64,000 nt of DNA from an uncultured delta proteobacterium (GTDB lineage: Bacteria > Myxococcota > Myxococcia > Myxococcales > Anaeromyxobacteraceae): contig CAWHDZ010000034.1 in NCBI GenBank assembly GCA_963828255.1, positions 64,001-128,000 of the forward strand, given 5' to 3'. The notes beneath the pieces are model-generated. The model was not told the DNA's origin. It was given only the letters and a program-made list of their open reading frames with translations, and made no database searches. Positions 62,277 to 64,000 of the stretch are shown here, piece after piece; the first letter of the stretch is position 1; each line of letters begins with the position of its first letter. A program made the position numbers and the translations under genes.

Positions 62277-62894
62277 ATGCACGTCGACCTGCTCGGACCG
62301 GCTGGGCGCATCGAGGGGCTCCTCGAATCCCCGGATTCGCCCCGCTTCGCGGCGCTGGTGCTCCACCCGCACCCCCTCTTCGGCGGAACCATGCACAACC
62401 ACGCCACCTACCAGATCGCGAAGGGCGCCCGGCTGGCCGGCGGCGCCTCGCTGCGCATCCAGTTCCGCGGGGTCGGGCTCTCCGAGGGAATTCACGGCGG
62501 GGGCCCCGGCGAGCTGGCCGACGCGCGGGCCGCGCTGCTCTGGCTCTCCGGCCGCCACCCCGGCCTGCCGCTCCTGGTGGGCGGGATGTCGTTCGGGTCC
62601 TGGATCGCGCTGGAGCTCTCCTGCGAAGAGCCGGAGGTGGAGGGGGTGCTGGCCGCCGGGCTGGCCTCGCGGATCCTCACCCTCGGATCCCTGCCCGATT
62701 GCCCGAAGCGGGTCGCCGCGATCCAGGCCACCTCCGACGAGTTCGGACCGGTGGAGGAGGTGGAGCGGCTCATGGCCGGCCCCCCCGATCGCCGGCGGCT
62801 CGTGCTGCTGGGCGGCGCCACCCACCTCTTCCTCGAGGACCTGGCCGGGCTGCAGCGCGAGGCCCGGGCTGCATGGGAGTGGCTGGCGGCGTGA
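62277..62894 (+). CDS. Alpha/beta hydrolase
   Basis: GPAGRIEG, HPHPLFGGTMHN, FRGVGLSEG, GMSFG nucleophile elbow, HLF. Confidence 0.92.
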   Translation: MHVDLLGPAGRIEGLLESPDSPRFAALVLHPHPLFGGTMHNHATYQIAKGARLAGGASLRIQFRGVGLSEGIHGGGPGELADARAALLWLSGRHPGLPLLVGGMSFGSWIALELSCEEPEVEGVLAAGLASRILTLGSLPDCPKRVAAIQATSDEFGPVEEVERLMAGPPDRRRLVLLGGATHLFLEDLAGLQREARAAWEWLAA

Positions 62895-62921
62895 GCCCGG
62901 GTCCCGGCCCCCGGCTCCTCG

Positions 62922-64000
62922 TCACCTGCCGGCGATCTGGATCCCCGAGAAGAGCAGCGACGGGGTGCGCATCGCCGAGTAGCGGTACGGATCGTTCCCG
63001 ACGCCCGCCAGCCGGGTCCACAGGTCGCGGTGGTTCCCAGAGGCGTTCATCTCCCCCACCGGCCCGGCCAGCCGGCCGGCGCGCACCCGGAAGCCCTGCA
63101 CGCCCAGCGAGAAGTCACCCGTGGTGGAATTGGAGTTGCCCCCCAGGAAGCCGGTGACGAGCAGGCCGTCGCCCATCCGGGAGAGCAGCGCGTCGCGGCC
63201 GTCCGGCCCGAGCCGCCAGGCCAGGTTGGAGACCCGCGAGGTGGTGGGGGGCATGCCGAGCTTCCGGCCGTAGTAGGTGTCCACGTAGTAGGCCCGCAGC
63301 ACGCCCTTCTCGACCACCGGGAACTTCCGGGCGGCGATGCCCTCCCCGTCCCAGAGGCGCGACCCCAGGCCGCGCACCACGAAGGGGTCGTCCCCGACGT
63401 CGAGCCACTCGCTGCCGATGGCGTGGCCGAGCTTGCCCTCCAGGAAGGAGCGCTTCTGCTGGAGCGACGACCCGGAGAGGGGTCCGAAGAGCGCGCCCAC
63501 AAGCCTTCCGGCGGCCCGGGCGTCCACCAGAACCGGCGTCACCGCCGACTCGCCCTTCTCCGAGCCGACGCGGGAGAGGGCGCGTTCCGCCGCGCCGCGG
63601 CCGATGTCGGCGGGGTCGGGCAGGTCCGAGAGGAAGCGGGCGGTGGCGGCGTCCCAGTCCTCCGGGCGGCGGCCGTCGGGGTCGGCCACGCTCACCTGCG
63701 CGGACATCCCGTGGTCGGTGCCGCGCCGCGCACCCTCGAAGCCGTTGGAGGTGACGAAGACCCGCTCGGCGAAGGTGTCGCCCACGCCGGCCGTGACCGA
63801 GAGGATGCGCCCTGCCCCCGGAACCGAGCGGGCCGCCTCCTCCATGGCCTCCGCCGCCCTGCGCCGGGCCTGGGGGTCGAGCCGGTCGTAGGCCGGGTCG
63901 GCGAGCTCCAGGTCCACGTCTGCCCGCCCGGCGTAGAGAGCCGGGTCGGGGAGCAGCCGGAACGGGTCGGGGGCCAGCGTCCGGGTGAGCGCCACGCCGT
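62922..64000 (-). CDS. TldD/PmbA (TldE-like) family protein, 3' part
   Basis: SFLEGKLG, WDGEG, GGNSNSTTGDFS, EMNASGN, TPSLLF; 5' end outside window. Confidence 0.9.
   Translation of the reverse strand, partial: GVALTRTLAPDPFRLLPDPALYAGRADVDLELADPAYDRLDPQARRRAAEAMEEAARSVPGAGRILSVTAGVGDTFAERVFVTSNGFEGARRGTDHGMSAQVSVADPDGRRPEDWDAATARFLSDLPDPADIGRGAAERALSRVGSEKGESAVTPVLVDARAAGRLVGALFGPLSGSSLQQKRSFLEGKLGHAIGSEWLDVGDDPFVVRGLGSRLWDGEGIAARKFPVVEKGVLRAYYVDTYYGRKLGMPPTTSRVSNLAWRLGPDGRDALLSRMGDGLLVTGFLGGNSNSTTGDFSLGVQGFRVRAGRLAGPVGEMNASGNHRDLWTRLAGVGNDPYRYSAMRTPSLLFSGIQIAGR

Overview
A very GC-rich chromosomal window whose gene content (PomXYZ, MXAN_5808-like S41 protease, multiheme cytochrome, deltaproteobacterial-style nif cluster with fused nifEN) points to an Anaeromyxobacter-like member of the Myxococcota; this placement is inferred, not tested. 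Housekeeping genes include the 3' part of ftsZ, alaS, trmB, dusB, gshA, queC, ssb, radC, dapC-dapD-dapE, sthA and a PmbA/TldD gene. There is a ~13-kb Mo-nitrogenase region (nifH-D-K-EN-X-fdx-B-W, nifA plus GNAT, draT/draG) with readable sigma54 promoters and a NifA UAS, a vapBC-type TA pair, an orphan N6-adenine methyltransferase and a pomY-pomZ-pomX division-positioning operon. The least explained structure is non-coding and consists of two dispersed repeat families. Family A is a ~520-bp degenerate fold-back element seen at 4 loci. Family B is a 183-bp rod-like hairpin seen twice, each copy with its own 3-bp target duplication and compensatory base changes in the terminal stem; one B copy is nested inside an A copy. 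Also notable are a membrane-anchored protein resembling the animal CTHRC1 C-terminal domain, a Fur-type palindrome encoded in the first codons of a frameshifted beta-barrel gene at the nif tail, and many apparently leaderless transcripts. Three apparent 1-nt deletions may be sequencing errors. No rRNA, tRNA or CRISPR array was seen.
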